Below, piece by piece: positions 1 to 14,291 of a stretch of DNA of 64,000 bases. Position 1 is the first letter of the stretch. Every line of letters starts with the position of its first letter. Location: positions 11,904,001-11,968,000 of the forward strand of contig OZ024758.1 of assembly GCA_964016885.1 (NCBI GenBank), read 5' to 3'. A model generated the notes under the pieces. The model worked only from the letters and a program-made list of their open reading frames with translations. It made no database searches and was not told where the DNA came from. The position numbers and the translations under genes are program-made. The DNA is from Eledone cirrhosa. Its lineage: Eukaryota.

Positions 1-1832
1 AATATTGGAATAATACGTCAATGAGAGATGATGTACTACATATTAAAAAAATACGGTACGAATACAATTTAAATGAGGATATTATCCTGAAAAAGAATAT
101 CCCAGATAATATCGCTGCGGAATTGAGATTATAAATCTATGAAAGTATCATTTGAAGTTCTACCAAATACAGAATATTAATTTGATATTATTTAGATATT
201 AAGTGTCTAGAATAAATACTATTAACATATACACTACGTTAGAGCTTTCGAGTATATTATTGAATTACTGAATGGAGTTAAAGGTTTCTAGGAGTGTACA
301 CATTTTATGAATTATCATTTCTACTATATCGCCCACATAACAAATGGAGATTTATATGTTGTCTCAGAATGCAGTCTTCTACATCTTTATCCTGGGAAGA
401 TAAAAATCACAACTCTAGCTAAATTCTGTTGCAATATTATCTTTTATGAGTCAATCCTTATTGGCAACATTTCTAAAGCATTGACTTTTCTAATACATTA
501 TTTAATATGTCTAAGAAAAGTCATAATCATTAAGATGGCAGATTCAGACATTCACCAGCGAAATAAAGTCAACATATAATATGTAATCAATGACATTGAA
601 GATATTGTTCCAGCATAAATGTATTTAGCTAGAAAGATAAATCTTCATTACTTGAAAATGTTCTGCAAATATAACATAATTTAGAGCAAAATTATTTATT
701 TTTTCAGTTATTTGGGCCAAACAAAACTCCAGTGGAATAATTAGAGGTGTTTGCGAAAGGAGTAAGTATTAATAAAGAAAGGCAGTTGAAAGATAAGGCA
801 GGCTGGAGAAAGTTGTAGAACATGTGTAGTTATTGTGCTTAGATATCCACAGAGGCCCGGTATAATTGGAATCTTGCTTTGCCTAGGCTGTGGAATTGGT
901 TTACCATGTGCTATATGTCACAAAAAGGTTATATAGACAGAAACAGAGAAGGTTAAAATGAGGTATGCGTTTTATTTAATGCCTTCAGTGAGACGGGAAA
1001 TCCTCTAGAAAAGGTTGGGGGGGTTAGTACTTTTGTAATGTACAACTATTGAAGTATATGGAATGTGAGGATTTACGTAACTCAATGGGATTTTATTTCT
1101 AAATGGCTGCAAGATCCACAATCTCTGTTTAATTCCTTAGAAATATATTTTTCATGTCTTAGAGTTTGATTCTACGTATTTGAAGAATATTAAAATTTTC
1201 TACACTGAGGCAAGATATTTCACTAAATCACATTATCTTTACATATTTGACGAATATTAAGATTTTTTAAAATCTTCTGGATGGTATTTGAAGATTTTTA
1301 AAAAAGATTCTTTGAACAAAAGTTTAGGTGAACATTTTTTAAGAATATTTGAAAGCAATATTTTGTAAACTTTTCCATACGAATTTTGGAAAAATCGTTG
1401 GTGAGAGGTTTTTAAAAAAGAAAATGTATTTGAAAAACATCTTTCATGTATATTTTATTTGCATATCAGTGCGTGTGTATGTATCTATCTTTCACCGATG
1501 TAATTCAACAAAGGTTAACAGCAGTGTAAGACAACTTGTGGTTTTTTATTCAGTGGTTAAGCTTCTTTTTTATTCCTTTATATATTAAAGGTTCATTTAA
1601 ATATGATTTGAATCTATGATCAACTGCGTTTTAGAGAGGTGCTTGTGTTATTTTTCATATGATTATTCAATGCCCGAATTTAAACCAAACTGAAATAGGG
1701 TGCCATAAGCTATCTACACCGAGGCAAGGTATTTTATTAAAGCACATTATCTTTCATGTATAAGTATAAGTACTATCATGCCCTGCATTTTATATTTGGT
1801 GAAGTGAAATGAAATAGCATTATATTAATATA

Positions 1833-2021
1833 GGGGCAGTGGATTGGCAGTATCGGTAGAGCGTCGGACGCCATGCTTTCCAGCATAGCTACGTCCCTTT
1901 ACGATCTGAGTTCAAATCCCGCCGAGGTTGACTTTCCCTTTCATCCTTACGGGGTCGATAAAATAAAGTACCAGTGGTGCACTGGCTAATTGCTGGCCTT
2001 GTGCCTAAAGTAGAAACAATT
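1833..2021 (+). mobile_element. tRNA-derived SINE (family S1), full length
   Basis: A-box-like TGGCAGTATCGG, B-box GAGTTCAAATCC, body CCTTTCATCCTTACGGGGTCGATAAAATAAAGTACCAG, tail GTAGAAACAATTA; many copies in the window. Confidence 0.9.
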
Positions 2022-2060
2022 ATATTAATATAGTTTAATATATTAAACTATATTAATATA

Positions 2061-2248
2061 GGGCGGTGGATTGGCAGTATCAGTAGAGGGTCGGACACCA
2101 TGCTTTCCAGCATAGTTACGTCCCTTTACGATCTGAGTTCAAATCCCGCCGAGGTTGACTTTGCCTTTCATCCTTACGGGGTCGATAAAATAAAGTACCA
2201 GTAATGAACTGGGTAATTCCTGGCCTTTTGCCTAAAGTAGAAACAATT
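2061..2248 (+). mobile_element. SINE S1, second tandem copy
   Basis: Aligns end to end with 1833-2021 with about a dozen substitutions. Confidence 0.9.
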
Positions 2249-2848
2249 ATATTAATATAGTTTGTATGATTTATATCTAGGGAAATAGTCTATTTATAGA
2301 GATATGTGCATCTTACTAACTGGAATAGGTTTATGCGAAGCGTGGAATGACTTGGTGTTTATTTAACAATGTTTTACTTTTCACAATTTCTAGATGTGTT
2401 TGTGGAAGTCCTCATCAATGAATCTACTTCGCTCATTGTTACATGATGCATAAGCTTGTATATTCATTCATTCACTTTAATATTGAATATTCTAAGGTAT
2501 ATCATTCACAGTAATATTACCCGTAATATATTTAGATAAGTTATTGGTATATTAAAATATCATTAGATTTAATATCTATAGGGTATAATACACATCAAAG
2601 ATGGTGGAGGTTTTTCGGTAAATAAAAAATATGTTTTGAGAAATCACATGATTGCAGCATAAGAATATAAAAAACAACTTCAATCTGCAATATTTCCATA
2701 TTTCGCAAATATTTTAGAATGTCAGACTCCTTACAGCAAATATCTTAGCATCGAACTTCTCATTTATAGTTCCTTGCAGAAGTCGTACTTTAAATTTGAA
2801 CATGCGCATATACACACAAACACACACAGACACACACAGACACACACA

Positions 2849-2906
<58 letters not shown>

Positions 2907-2926
2907 AATATATATATATATATATA

Positions 2927-3626
2927 TGTAAGTATGTATGTATACGTACATACACATATGTATACAGACGTACAGTAGTATGTATATATATACATACATG
3001 CACACATATATATATGTACGTATGGATTCACCGAACATTTATTATAATGCTCGGTGTGTTTGTAAACAAACATCCCTATTAAGCCGTACAGTGTCTAGCA
3101 ACAATCGTTGCTCGTTTGTTCAACACTGACGAATGAACGCTCTACTAGTTTCAAGCTTATTAGCTATCGTCACCAACGTATACCTGCCTGCCAGATTGTT
3201 GAACGTATATACTTACCTTATGCATATTAACGGCTGAGTAGCCCAATTTGCATATCGAGTGGGTTAATCGTTTTCGGTGCACCCAGCCGATTAACCCACT
3301 CGATATGCAAATTGGGCTACTCAGCCGTTAATATGCATAAGGTAAGTATATACGTTCAACAATCTGGCAGGAAGGTATACGTTGCTGACGATAGCTAATA
3401 AGCTTGAAACTAGTAGAGCGCTCCTTTGACAGTGTTGAACAAACGAGCAACGATGGTTGCTGGACACTACGGCTTAATACGGGATGTTTGTTTACAAACA
3501 CACCGAGCATTATAATAAATATTCGGTGAATCCATACGTACATATATATATATGTGTGCATGTATGTATATATATATATACATACTACTGTATGTCTGTA
3601 TACATATACGTATGTACGTGTACATA

Positions 3627-3629
<3 letters not shown>
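2927..3629. mobile_element. Palindromic PLE-type 3'-end insertion (family C), arms ~340 bp, loop 3271-3287
   Basis: 3288-3629 is the reverse complement of 2927-3270 with few mismatches; flanked by (TA)n; hammerhead motif in each arm; second copy at ~24.5-25.0 kb. Confidence 0.8.
3380..3420 (+). ncRNA. Type-I hammerhead ribozyme (family C)
   Basis: CGTTG-CTGACGA-TAGCT-AATA-AGCTT-GAA-ACTAGT-A-GAGCG; palindromic stem III, GUA site; the mirror copy at 3138-3178(-) has C3>G. Confidence 0.75.
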
Positions 3630-3698
<69 letters not shown>

Positions 3699-3768
3699 AG
3701 TATGTATGTATACGTACATACACATATGTATACAGACGTACACTAGTATGTATATATATATATATATA

Positions 3769-3990
3769 TTGTTATACTTTGGGAGGGTCATGTTGCCAAT
3801 AAGAAACACACGCACCAGTTGTTTCACTTCAATTTATTATAATAAATTTATAAATTTATTATAATAAATTGAAGTGAAAGCAACTGGTGCGTGTGTTGCT
3901 TTTTGGCAATATGACCCTCCCAAAGTATAACAATATCGGTTTCAACATACGTTTTCAGATAAAGAATCTTGCTAAACAAATTCAGAAACG

Positions 3991-3992
<2 letters not shown>
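3769..3992. mobile_element. Minimal palindromic insertion of PLE family A (inner end + inverted outer end)
   Basis: Termini TTGTTATACTTTGGGAGGGTC... and ...CAAATTCAGAAACGAA are the same as those of the coding copy 7386-8362; centre ~3850. Confidence 0.85.
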
Positions 3993-4021
<29 letters not shown>

Positions 4022-4073
4022 TTTATATACATATATATATATATATGTATTTATATAAATATATATATATATG

Positions 4074-4176
<103 letters not shown>

Positions 4177-4637
4177 ATATTTATCTATATATATATATTT
4201 ATATATATATATGTATTTATATATATATATATATATGTATTTATATATATATATATATATATATGTATTTATATATATATATATATATATATGTATTTAT
4301 ATATATATATATATATGTATTTATATATATATATATATATGTATTTATATATATATATAGATGTAGTTATATATATATATATAATGTATATCCACAATAC
4401 ATTTGCCAGGTAAATCAAACATTTAAAGGTTAATAAAATGTTACCTACCTTGTAAACATACCAATACATAAGTACTTAAGCTTCCAGAATTGTAATATTT
4501 CTACAGCAGAGATAACCAAAAGGGTGTTATGTTCTGATGAGAAGTAATTTATAAATAGATGTACTTTACTATGTACGAATGAAATAAGGATAATTCAGAA
4601 TATCTAGTTATATATAAATAAAATTTACTATACATAT

Positions 4638-4711
<74 letters not shown>

Positions 4712-4771
4712 GTATATTTGTATATATATATATGTATATGTATATATATATGTATATATATATGTATATGT

Positions 4772-4819
<48 letters not shown>

Positions 4820-4864
4820 GTATATATATGTATATGTATATGTATATGTATATATATATATATA

Positions 4865-4992
4865 TTATGTGGGTTTATTCATCATTCAAGTTAGTGGAAA
4901 GCCTAATGGAGATCAGTGATTGGCTCAAATATAGCCAATCACTGATCTCCATCAGCTTTCCACTAACTTGAATGATGAATACACCCACATAA
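4865..4992. repeat. Near-perfect 60-bp-arm palindrome inside (TA)n
   Basis: 4865-4925 is the reverse complement of 4933-4992; 7-nt loop. Confidence 0.9.
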
Positions 4993-4993
4993 T

Positions 4994-5027
<34 letters not shown>

Positions 5028-5029
5028 AC

Positions 5030-5071
<42 letters not shown>

Positions 5072-5109
5072 ACATATATATATATATATACATATATATA
5101 TACATATAC

Positions 5110-5142
<33 letters not shown>

Positions 5143-5149
5143 AATATAC

Positions 5150-5186
<37 letters not shown>

Positions 5187-5245
5187 CATATACATATACA
5201 TATATATAGAAAGATTTGAATGGATACAGTTTAGTTGAAAGGAAT

Positions 5246-5365
5246 TTATTGACACGTGTTTCTATAACAGTTACATAACCTAAAACAGCTGCTATCTACA
5301 AACTTTTAGTGATGCAGACATTTAATATTTCAATGTTATTATTTACTGTCATTTCATCAGAATAA
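5246..5365 (-). ncRNA. Type-I hammerhead with ~70-nt stem II insertion
   Basis: Minus strand: TTATT-CTGATGA-A-ATGACAGT...ACTGTTAT-A-GAA-ACACGTGT-C-AATAA; stem I 5 bp, palindromic stem III, GUC site; lies downstream of the GIY-YIG fragment at 6280-6632. Confidence 0.8.
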
Positions 5366-5929
5366 TATTACTGAGGACCTATTTAGTTTTTATAGAGAAT
5401 ATTAGGAGGGAGGGGTGAAGTTGTTAGAAGAATAGTTGAAGGAGTGGTTTTTCGATAGCAGTGAGAATTCTTGGTGGCAGTGGGTAATTAGATTCCCATC
5501 TGTTGTTTTGACATTTTTAATAGAATATATTATTGGTTATTTTTCTAAATCTATAGAAGGATTAGAGATAGTAAAGATATGCGTGGTTGGTTTTGTGTTT
5601 GCACTTACTTAACATTCAGACTTAAATTTTTCTTTCAAGTGTACGTATCCTTTCACCCACGCATTCACACACAAATATATTTGCACACCTCTACAAAATA
5701 CATATACTCACAATTCACATATTCATACTTACATATATATACACATGCATACTCATATATATACACACATGTATTCATGTACAAACATACGCGCTCATGT
5801 GTATACATTTTCATACTCAACTTATCTTTATATACACACGTATAGACACACAAATATATACATACATACTCTAGTCCATGTGTACGCACATACACATACA
5901 TACACATCTATATACACATATATACATAC

Positions 5930-6012
<83 letters not shown>

Positions 6013-6279
6013 CACTTTAATACATGAATACACTTACATCTAACTATACACATCAAACATATATATATATTTACTTATTTATATACATTTTCACATATAT
6101 ATACATACTTATGGACGTTTTTAGACACATTCATTATCGCATATTTGCACCTATTCTCATCAGCATATCTTTCCATTATTAGTGTGGTAATTTAAGGTTA
6201 TTAATATATGTTGAGAAGAGTTTGTTTTTATATTTTTCTAACTAGATTAAGGTTTATATAGTTGGGGGATGTCCCTCTT

Positions 6280-6632
6280 TTATGTAATATTCGGCTTGTA
6301 GTGGGAAAAAAGGGTTTTAGTTCTGTGACGGCAGAATAATGTTCGTTCAATTCTGTTATTCAGCAGTTTCTTCTTGTGTGTGATTATGTAATAAATCTCA
6401 AGATTACACAATTTGCAGAAATTTTGGCTCCTGGAAAAGCTTTGGGTTTTAGCTAATTTCTCCCATTTTAGGGTAAACTTTTGATCGCTATCCCTGAGCG
6501 TCCAAGCTTTTTCTGCTAAAGTTGTTACATTTCTTTGGCTCTGGTGTTTTATTGAGTAAGAATGCCTATACAATCGAGATTTAAACGATGTTGCCGTTGA
6601 TCCCACGTAATACCACTCGTTGCCTCCGGATT
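6280..6632 (-). pseudogene. PLE GIY-YIG endonuclease C-terminal fragment (5'-truncated; element spans ~5210-6632)
   Basis: [17 protein letters not shown]...CKLCNLE...LLNNRIE...CRH: YVG motif, R-x3-H, conserved E and LN; the N-terminal part of the listed ORF is microsatellite. Confidence 0.85.
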
Positions 6633-6862
6633 TAATATATATATATATATGTATATACACATATATATATATATGTATATACATATATATATATATGTAT
6701 ATACACATATATATATATATATATGTATATACACATATATTTTTATATGTATATACACATATATATATATATATACATATATACATATACATATATATAT
6801 ATGTATATACACACATATATATATATGTATATACACACATATATATATATATTTATATATAC

Positions 6863-6920
<58 letters not shown>

Positions 6921-6949
6921 GCATATATATATATATATATATATGTATA

Positions 6950-6992
<43 letters not shown>

Positions 6993-7214
6993 GCATATAT
7001 ATATATATATATATGTATATACATATATATATATATACATATACATATATATATATATGTATATACATACATATATATATATATACATATACTTATATAT
7101 ATATATATGTATATACACATATATATATATATGTATATGTATATATATATATGTGTGTATATACATATATATATGTGTGTATATACATATATATATATAT
7201 ATATGTATATGTTG

Positions 7215-7247
<33 letters not shown>

Positions 7248-7385
7248 GTATATACACATATATATATATATATGTATATGTATATATATATATGTGTGTA
7301 TATACATATATATATATATGTGTGTATATACATATGTATATATATATATATTATATAGATATATATATATAGATATATATATATA

Positions 7386-8362
7386 TTGTTATACTTTGGG
7401 AGGGTCATGTTGCCAATAAGAAACACACGCACCAGTTGCTTTCACTTCAATTTATTATATATTTATAAATTTATAAATTTCTGGTTGGTTGGTTGGTTCC
7501 ACAACCAGATAGTTGTTTATATATATAGTCATAGTTCTTTCGTCACACACTCTGTGACCTCTTCAGTGACTGGGGATTCCTTTCTTTGTTTCTGTGCCTC
7601 TCCTTTGTTCTGTCCTACGCCATTTTGTTTCTGTGAGTGTGTTGTGTGCTCAGTCTGCGCATGCGCCACATCCGGGTGTGTGTGTGTGTTTATGTTCATT
7701 TATTTATTTGTTTATTTACATGTTACTGGTTGGTTGTTTGTTCTATGTGTGTGTGTGTTTTCATTTTGTCCTTATTTGTAAGTTGTGATGTTGCTGTTCC
7801 ACTCATATTTTCTATTTAATTTTGGTTGTAATTCTTTTATGTTTATTGCCTCTGTAATTTGTCTAAACATTTCGTCTTTTCTGTGTGTAGATTCTATTTT
7901 TATTTCTATGTTCTCTAATTTACCCTTGTGTTCTATCTTAGCATGTTGGTAGAGTACAGATGATTCTTATTATCTTGAAGGTCTCGCCAGTGTTCATTTA
8001 TCCGTTCCCCTACACTACGAGCTGTCTCACATATGTACATTAGATTTTTGTCTCTACATTGTCCTTCAGTACATCTTATGCTATACACTACATTTCTAGT
8101 TTTACAGTTAATATGGGGGCTTATTTTACAGGTTATACATTTCTTATCTATACATGAGGGTCTTTGAAAAGGGTATGTCTTGCTAATAAGTGTTTTTACG
8201 GAGGTACCTGGTCTTTCTACTATCTTAATATATTGAGTTTGAAGTGAAAGCAACTGGTGCGTGTGTTTCTTATAGGCAACATGACCCTCCCAAAGTATAA
8301 CAATATCGGTTTCAACACACGATTTCAGATAAAGAATCTTGCTAAACAAATTCAGAAACGAA
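7386..8362 (-). mobile_element. 5'-truncated PLE (family A, Neptune-like) with inverted 3' tail at its 5' end
   Basis: ~7780-8238 encodes the Cys-rich linker and GIY-YIG ([38 protein letters not shown], frameshifted); 8239-8362 is an inverted copy of the 3' end plus ~60 extra nt; (TA)n on both sides. Confidence 0.92.
7527..7571 (-). ncRNA. Minimal type-I hammerhead in the PLE family A 3' region
   Basis: AGTCA-CTGAAGA-G-GTCACA-GAGTG-TGTGAC-GAA-AGAACT-A-TGACT; perfect 5-bp stem I, 6-bp stem II, CUA site; sense to the PLE ORF. Confidence 0.88.
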
Positions 8363-8463
<101 letters not shown>

Positions 8464-8529
8464 CATATATATATATGTATATACATATATATATATATAT
8501 ATATATGTATATACATATATATATATATG

Positions 8530-8746
<217 letters not shown>

Positions 8747-8924
8747 GTATATACACACATATATATATATATATGTATATACACACACATATATATATAT
8801 GTATATACACACACATATATATATATATATGTATATACACACATATATATATATATATGTATATACACACATATATATATATATATGTATATACACACAT
8901 ATATATATATATATATATGTATAT

Positions 8925-8976
<52 letters not shown>

Positions 8977-9062
8977 GTATATACACACACATATATATAT
9001 ATATATATATACATATATATATGTATATACACACACACATATATATATATATATATGTATAT

Positions 9063-9101
<39 letters not shown>

Positions 9102-9397
9102 TTCTTCCATATTGCGTAATTATCTCGTTTAGCACGTATTCACCTATGTAATATCTTCATAATATTATTTATGTTATTTTAGTTTTTTTAACAGAATACC
9201 ATAGATTAAATCTTGAAATAAATATTTCCAGAGTTTAGATTATTGACTTCCACATAAGTGATGCAAGTAACAGCAGCTCATAAGGACAGAAAATATAATA
9301 AAGAATATAGTTTTCAAAATGATATCTTCAAAATACCTTATCTGATGAGTATAATTATTTTGAAAAAAAAAAAATTTTTCATATGCTACCTACTATG

Positions 9398-10060
<663 letters not shown>

Positions 10061-10277
10061 ATATATATATATTGTTATACTTGGGGAGGGTCATATTTGC
10101 GTAATATTGCCAGAATTAATAACAGAACACACTCACTGTTTGGTTGGTTTTCGCTTCTCGCTGACTTTTATATCTGCGATCTAACTTACTCGATCCTCAA
10201 TGTTGCCATTGACTGACCGGCGGTCAAAAATAATACAGATACAATATAGACACAAACACACATATATATATATAATT

Positions 10278-10320
10278 TACAAAAATCTTTCGTTGCACAT
10301 CTGCAACATCGTCAGTGGTG
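10278..10320 (-). ncRNA. Hammerhead (degenerate stems I/III) in the PLE 3' region
   Basis: CTGACGA-T-GTTGCA-GATG-TGCAAC-GAAAGATTTT; position equivalent to 7527-7571. Confidence 0.65.
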
Positions 10321-10596
10321 TTATATTCATTGTTCCTCCTGTTGTGTTGTATGTCTACGCCATTTTTTATTCAGTCTGTCTATATATTTATTTATTTATT
10401 TGCTTGTTTGTTTATCTTATTTTATTTTGTCTTCTTTGCGCATGCGTTTGCGTGTGTGTATAGTGTTATGTGTGATGTGTGACTAGTGTGTATAGTGTTG
10501 TGTCTGCTGGGAGACTAGTGTGTGTTTATGTGCTTGTTGTTATTGTGCTTGTGTATGTATTTATTTATCTTATTTTATTTTATTTTATTTACTTAT

Positions 10597-11790
10597 TTAT
10601 ACTTCTCTTAGGTCAGTGTTGTTTGTTTGGGTGTTGTTGTTGTTCCACTCATTCTTTCTGTTTAGCTTTGGTCTTCTAATTTCTATTTCACTGGCCTCTC
10701 TGATTTGCCTATCTGCTGGGTCATTCCTATGTTTAGATATTATTCTAATTTCTATGTTGTCTATGTTACCGTCATGTTGTTTTCTAGCATGTTCGTATAG
10801 TACTGACCCGTTTTTTCGTCCTTTTAGTTCCCCCCAGTGTTGGTCTATCCTTTCACCTATGCTACGAGCTGTCTCACCTATGTATGTTGTTGTCATGTTT
10901 CTGCAAGTACCCTCTGTACATCTTATGCTATAGACTACGTTTCTAGTTTTACAGTTTATCCGGGGGTTCACCTTACATATGATACACTTCCTATTGGTAC
11001 AGTGGGTTTTCTTAAAAGGGTAGGTTTTGCTGATCAGGGATTTTATGGTGGTTCCTGGCTTTTCTACCACCTTTATTTTTAAGTGGGTCTTTCTCAGGGC
11101 CTTTCTACACTGGTTAGCTAATTTCCCTCCAGGGGTGGCGTCCACAAACATGACACTCTGATATCTCTGGTTGTCGTACCATGGTGTGGCATTCCCTATC
11201 TTATGTCTAGCCCTATCTAAGCTATTCCATGATTTGCTCCTGTATAGTGGGCAAATTCCTTTCATGTCCAGTTCTATGAGGGTCTTATACTTTTCCATGG
11301 CTCCTTCGTATACTCTGACTCTGTCTCTTTGGTTGTAGCCAGAGAACTGCATGCGGTTGATGAAGTGTTGGATGTGTCCTTCCATTTCTGTTGGGTCGCA
11401 CATGCTGGACACATTCTTCATCACTCGTACCAAATCTGCGATCAGAATATTAAACTTAGCACTACTGGACATTGCTGAGTTTTTGAGTATCAGGTATTTG
11501 GAGGCCATGGGTTTAGCATAGTGTGAGTGGAGAATTTGGGCTCTCTCGTCTATAGTGTTAATCCAGAGTTCTGTGTCTAATACAGGTAGTCTATTGTTAG
11601 GGTGTTTGGAAGGGAAGTCTATAGTTACAGTTATACACTGGTGTATGGAATTAGCTATCTGCTGGATGCTTTCCATCGTGCTACGTTCTAAATCAAACTT
11701 GTTAGTGCTCTCTAGTGGGGGTGTTCTTATAACTATATTAATATCGTCTACATAACGAGAGTACATGATGAGGTCTATGGAGCTTTCATT
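10597..11790 (-). CDS. PLE reverse transcriptase C-terminal half + thumb + Cys-rich linker + GIY-YIG endonuclease (5'-truncated, uninterrupted frame)
   Basis: RYVDD catalytic motif, LPVLD, H-Y-x-KP, SGY, C-x4-C-x2-C..C linker, [36 protein letters not shown]; the first 12 residues of the listed ORF come from the inverted tail. Confidence 0.95.
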   Translation of the reverse strand, partial: NESSIDLIMYSRYVDDINIVIRTPPLESTNKFDLERSTMESIQQIANSIHQCITVTIDFPSKHPNNRLPVLDTELWINTIDERAQILHSHYAKPMASKYLILKNSAMSSSAKFNILIADLVRVMKNVSSMCDPTEMEGHIQHFINRMQFSGYNQRDRVRVYEGAMEKYKTLIELDMKGICPLYRSKSWNSLDRARHKIGNATPWYDNQRYQSVMFVDATPGGKLANQCRKALRKTHLKIKVVEKPGTTIKSLISKTYPFKKTHCTNRKCIICKVNPRINCKTRNVVYSIRCTEGTCRNMTTTYIGETARSIGERIDQHWGELKGRKNGSVLYEHARKQHDGNIDNIEIRIISKHRNDPADRQIREASEIEIRRPKLNRKNEWNNNNTQTNNTDLREV

Positions 11791-11858
11791 AAGTATAACA
11801 ATATCTGTTTCGACACACGATTTCATATAAAAAACCTCGCAAAACTAAGTCATCGCCG

Positions 11859-11971
<113 letters not shown>

Positions 11972-12409
11972 AATATATATATCTGTGTGTGTATGATATT
12001 TATATATATATAAAATAATATATATGTATATAATATATGTATATAATTCTATACATATGTATATATATATATATGTGCGTGTGTGTATATAGGTAGTGAT
12101 TATTTGCGCATTTTGTTTGGAGAAATATAGTTTCTACAATGCAGATAACTATAATAGTAAATTAATAAGTGCAAAATCCCAATACAGTTCCACATAGAAA
12201 CGGTGAATTAAACCAGCATCACTCCTATGCCGGTTAAAAGTAATTAACCATTGTGCCAAAGAGCACAAGACTGCTACTGAGTTTCATTTTTCAATATTTA
12301 AGTGCAAGACTTAAAGGGTAAACAAGGCTGCTTGAGTCACGAAGCATTCAGTTTCGAAATTTAATAATATATGCCAGAGGCAAAGAAATAGAATACAGGA
12401 TTTCTTAGC

Positions 12410-12442
<33 letters not shown>

Positions 12443-12564
12443 TAGATAAGGGGGATTTAATTTTATGTTGGTGAAATTGCATTTGTGTGAAATGATTATG
12501 CACTCAAATAAATCTCTCTTCAAATATCTCATCACTCTTTAACTGTTAATCACAATACAATAAG

Positions 12565-12632
<68 letters not shown>

Positions 12633-12706
12633 GCATACATATAAATACTACATATATATATATATGCATATATATATACATTTATACACATGCATACACA
12701 TAAATA

Positions 12707-12752
<46 letters not shown>

Positions 12753-12806
12753 GCATACGCATAAATACTACATATATATGTGTATATATATATATTTTTT
12801 TTTTTC

Positions 12807-12864
<58 letters not shown>

Positions 12865-13386
12865 TATATTGAAATCCTATATAGAAAAAATATTGTTATA
12901 AAGTGTTGTCAATTTTAATTATCACTAATTCAAGGAAATATATCTTTATACAATAAACTTCAAGAACAGAACAATTTCTAAACTTTCGTCGTAATATATA
13001 TTGAAGATAAAATATAAGAATTGATATAATTCTTCCCTAATGTGTTAAATGTATAATACATATATATGCATATGTGTATATGTATGTATATTATATAAAC
13101 ACCTGTTAATATGAATAACTTGTACGACGTAACAGGATTTAATGAAGTGTCATTGATCAAAATTATTAATCTAAAATCTGTTCGCTTCTTCTCTCTTTCC
13201 TTCTTCTCTCTCCCTCTCCCTCTCTGCTTCTTTGTCACTTCCTCCTCTTTCTTATTGTCAATATTACTTCCTCTCTATCTCTTTTCTCTCAACCTCGATC
13301 TATTTCTCTCCCTTACTCTCACTCGATCTATTTATTTCTCTCCCACACTATATCCATTTCTTTCTCTCTCTCTCTCTCTTTCACTT

Positions 13387-13387
<1 letters not shown>

Positions 13388-13455
<68 letters not shown>

Positions 13456-13510
13456 TTATCGATCTATCTATCTATTTATCTATGTATCTATCTATTTATC
13501 TATCTATCTC
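13388..13510. repeat. (TATC)n tetranucleotide microsatellite
   Basis: Direct reading. Confidence 0.95.
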
Positions 13511-13767
13511 TTTCTCTCTCACAGGAGCTGTGACCGGTAGATAGTATCAGCAATGGAATCGTTGTTTCCTTGGTTTTATGTGATGAGCTCAAACCCAGCC
13601 AGGAGATTAATGAGGTCCAGCATCTTCTCGATCGAAGTGCCGGATTTCGATTATTGTAATTGTTTGGTTTTATATATTTTTACACAACTGTATGTAAAAT
13701 CCCCGACATGTCTTTGTATTGTCCCCTTTTCTTGTGCGCCCTAGTGGTAAATAAATAAATCAATCTA

Positions 13768-13935
13768 TCTATGTATCTATGATATATCATATTCTATCTA
13801 TGATATATCATATTCTAAAGACATTTAATGTCATATGTATCTATGATATATCTTATTCTATCTATGATATATCATATTCTAAAGACATCTAATGTCATAT
13901 GTATCTATGATATATCATATTCTAAAGACATCTAA
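13768..13935. repeat. Minisatellite, ~64-bp unit built from 21-bp subunits
   Basis: TATCTATGATATATCATATTC occurs five times; TAAAGACAT(T/C)TAA three times. Confidence 0.85.
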
Positions 13936-14197
13936 ACAACAATATAGCAGAGATTCAATTACCAATCACTAAAATCCATGGTCTTCTAACTCAATATCTT
14001 GTCCCTTTTTCTATTGCATCTGAAATATGTCGGGACTACTAGTCTTAACGAAGCCCATCCAACATAATTCCGTCTCCAATTTTGGTCAGCTTACTATTCT
14101 ACGACACAGAACACAAGGATTCTATTGCGGAGAATCTTGTGTCCTCGTCTAATAGTCCACATCAATAATATTTTTCTGTAGACGTCAACTTAGTGAT

Positions 14198-14291
14198 CCA
14201 GGAGGATCAGTTGGGGATGGTTGCTTCTGACAGGAACCACTGTAAAAAGTGTTTGAGAGCTCAGGAATAAGTGGCTGAGGAAGAAGAAGAT
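14198..14291 (+). mobile_element. RTE-type LINE 3' end (family R2)
   Basis: Matches 63850-63950 (GGTTGC.TCTGACA.GA...CAGGAATAAGTG..GAAGAAG). Confidence 0.6.

Noticed and set aside
1833-1925. tRNA gene
   Set aside because: A/B boxes belong to a SINE head; the spacing is too long and there is no cloverleaf
4530-4575. CTGATGAG motif (also at 9342 and CTGACGA at 42960)
   Set aside because: No properly placed GAAA with stems II/III; at best decayed
11791-11826. Start codon and N-terminus [12 protein letters not shown] of the 409-aa ORF
   Set aside because: It comes from the inverted 3' tail fused in frame by chance; the same peptide appears at the junction of the 7386-8362 copy
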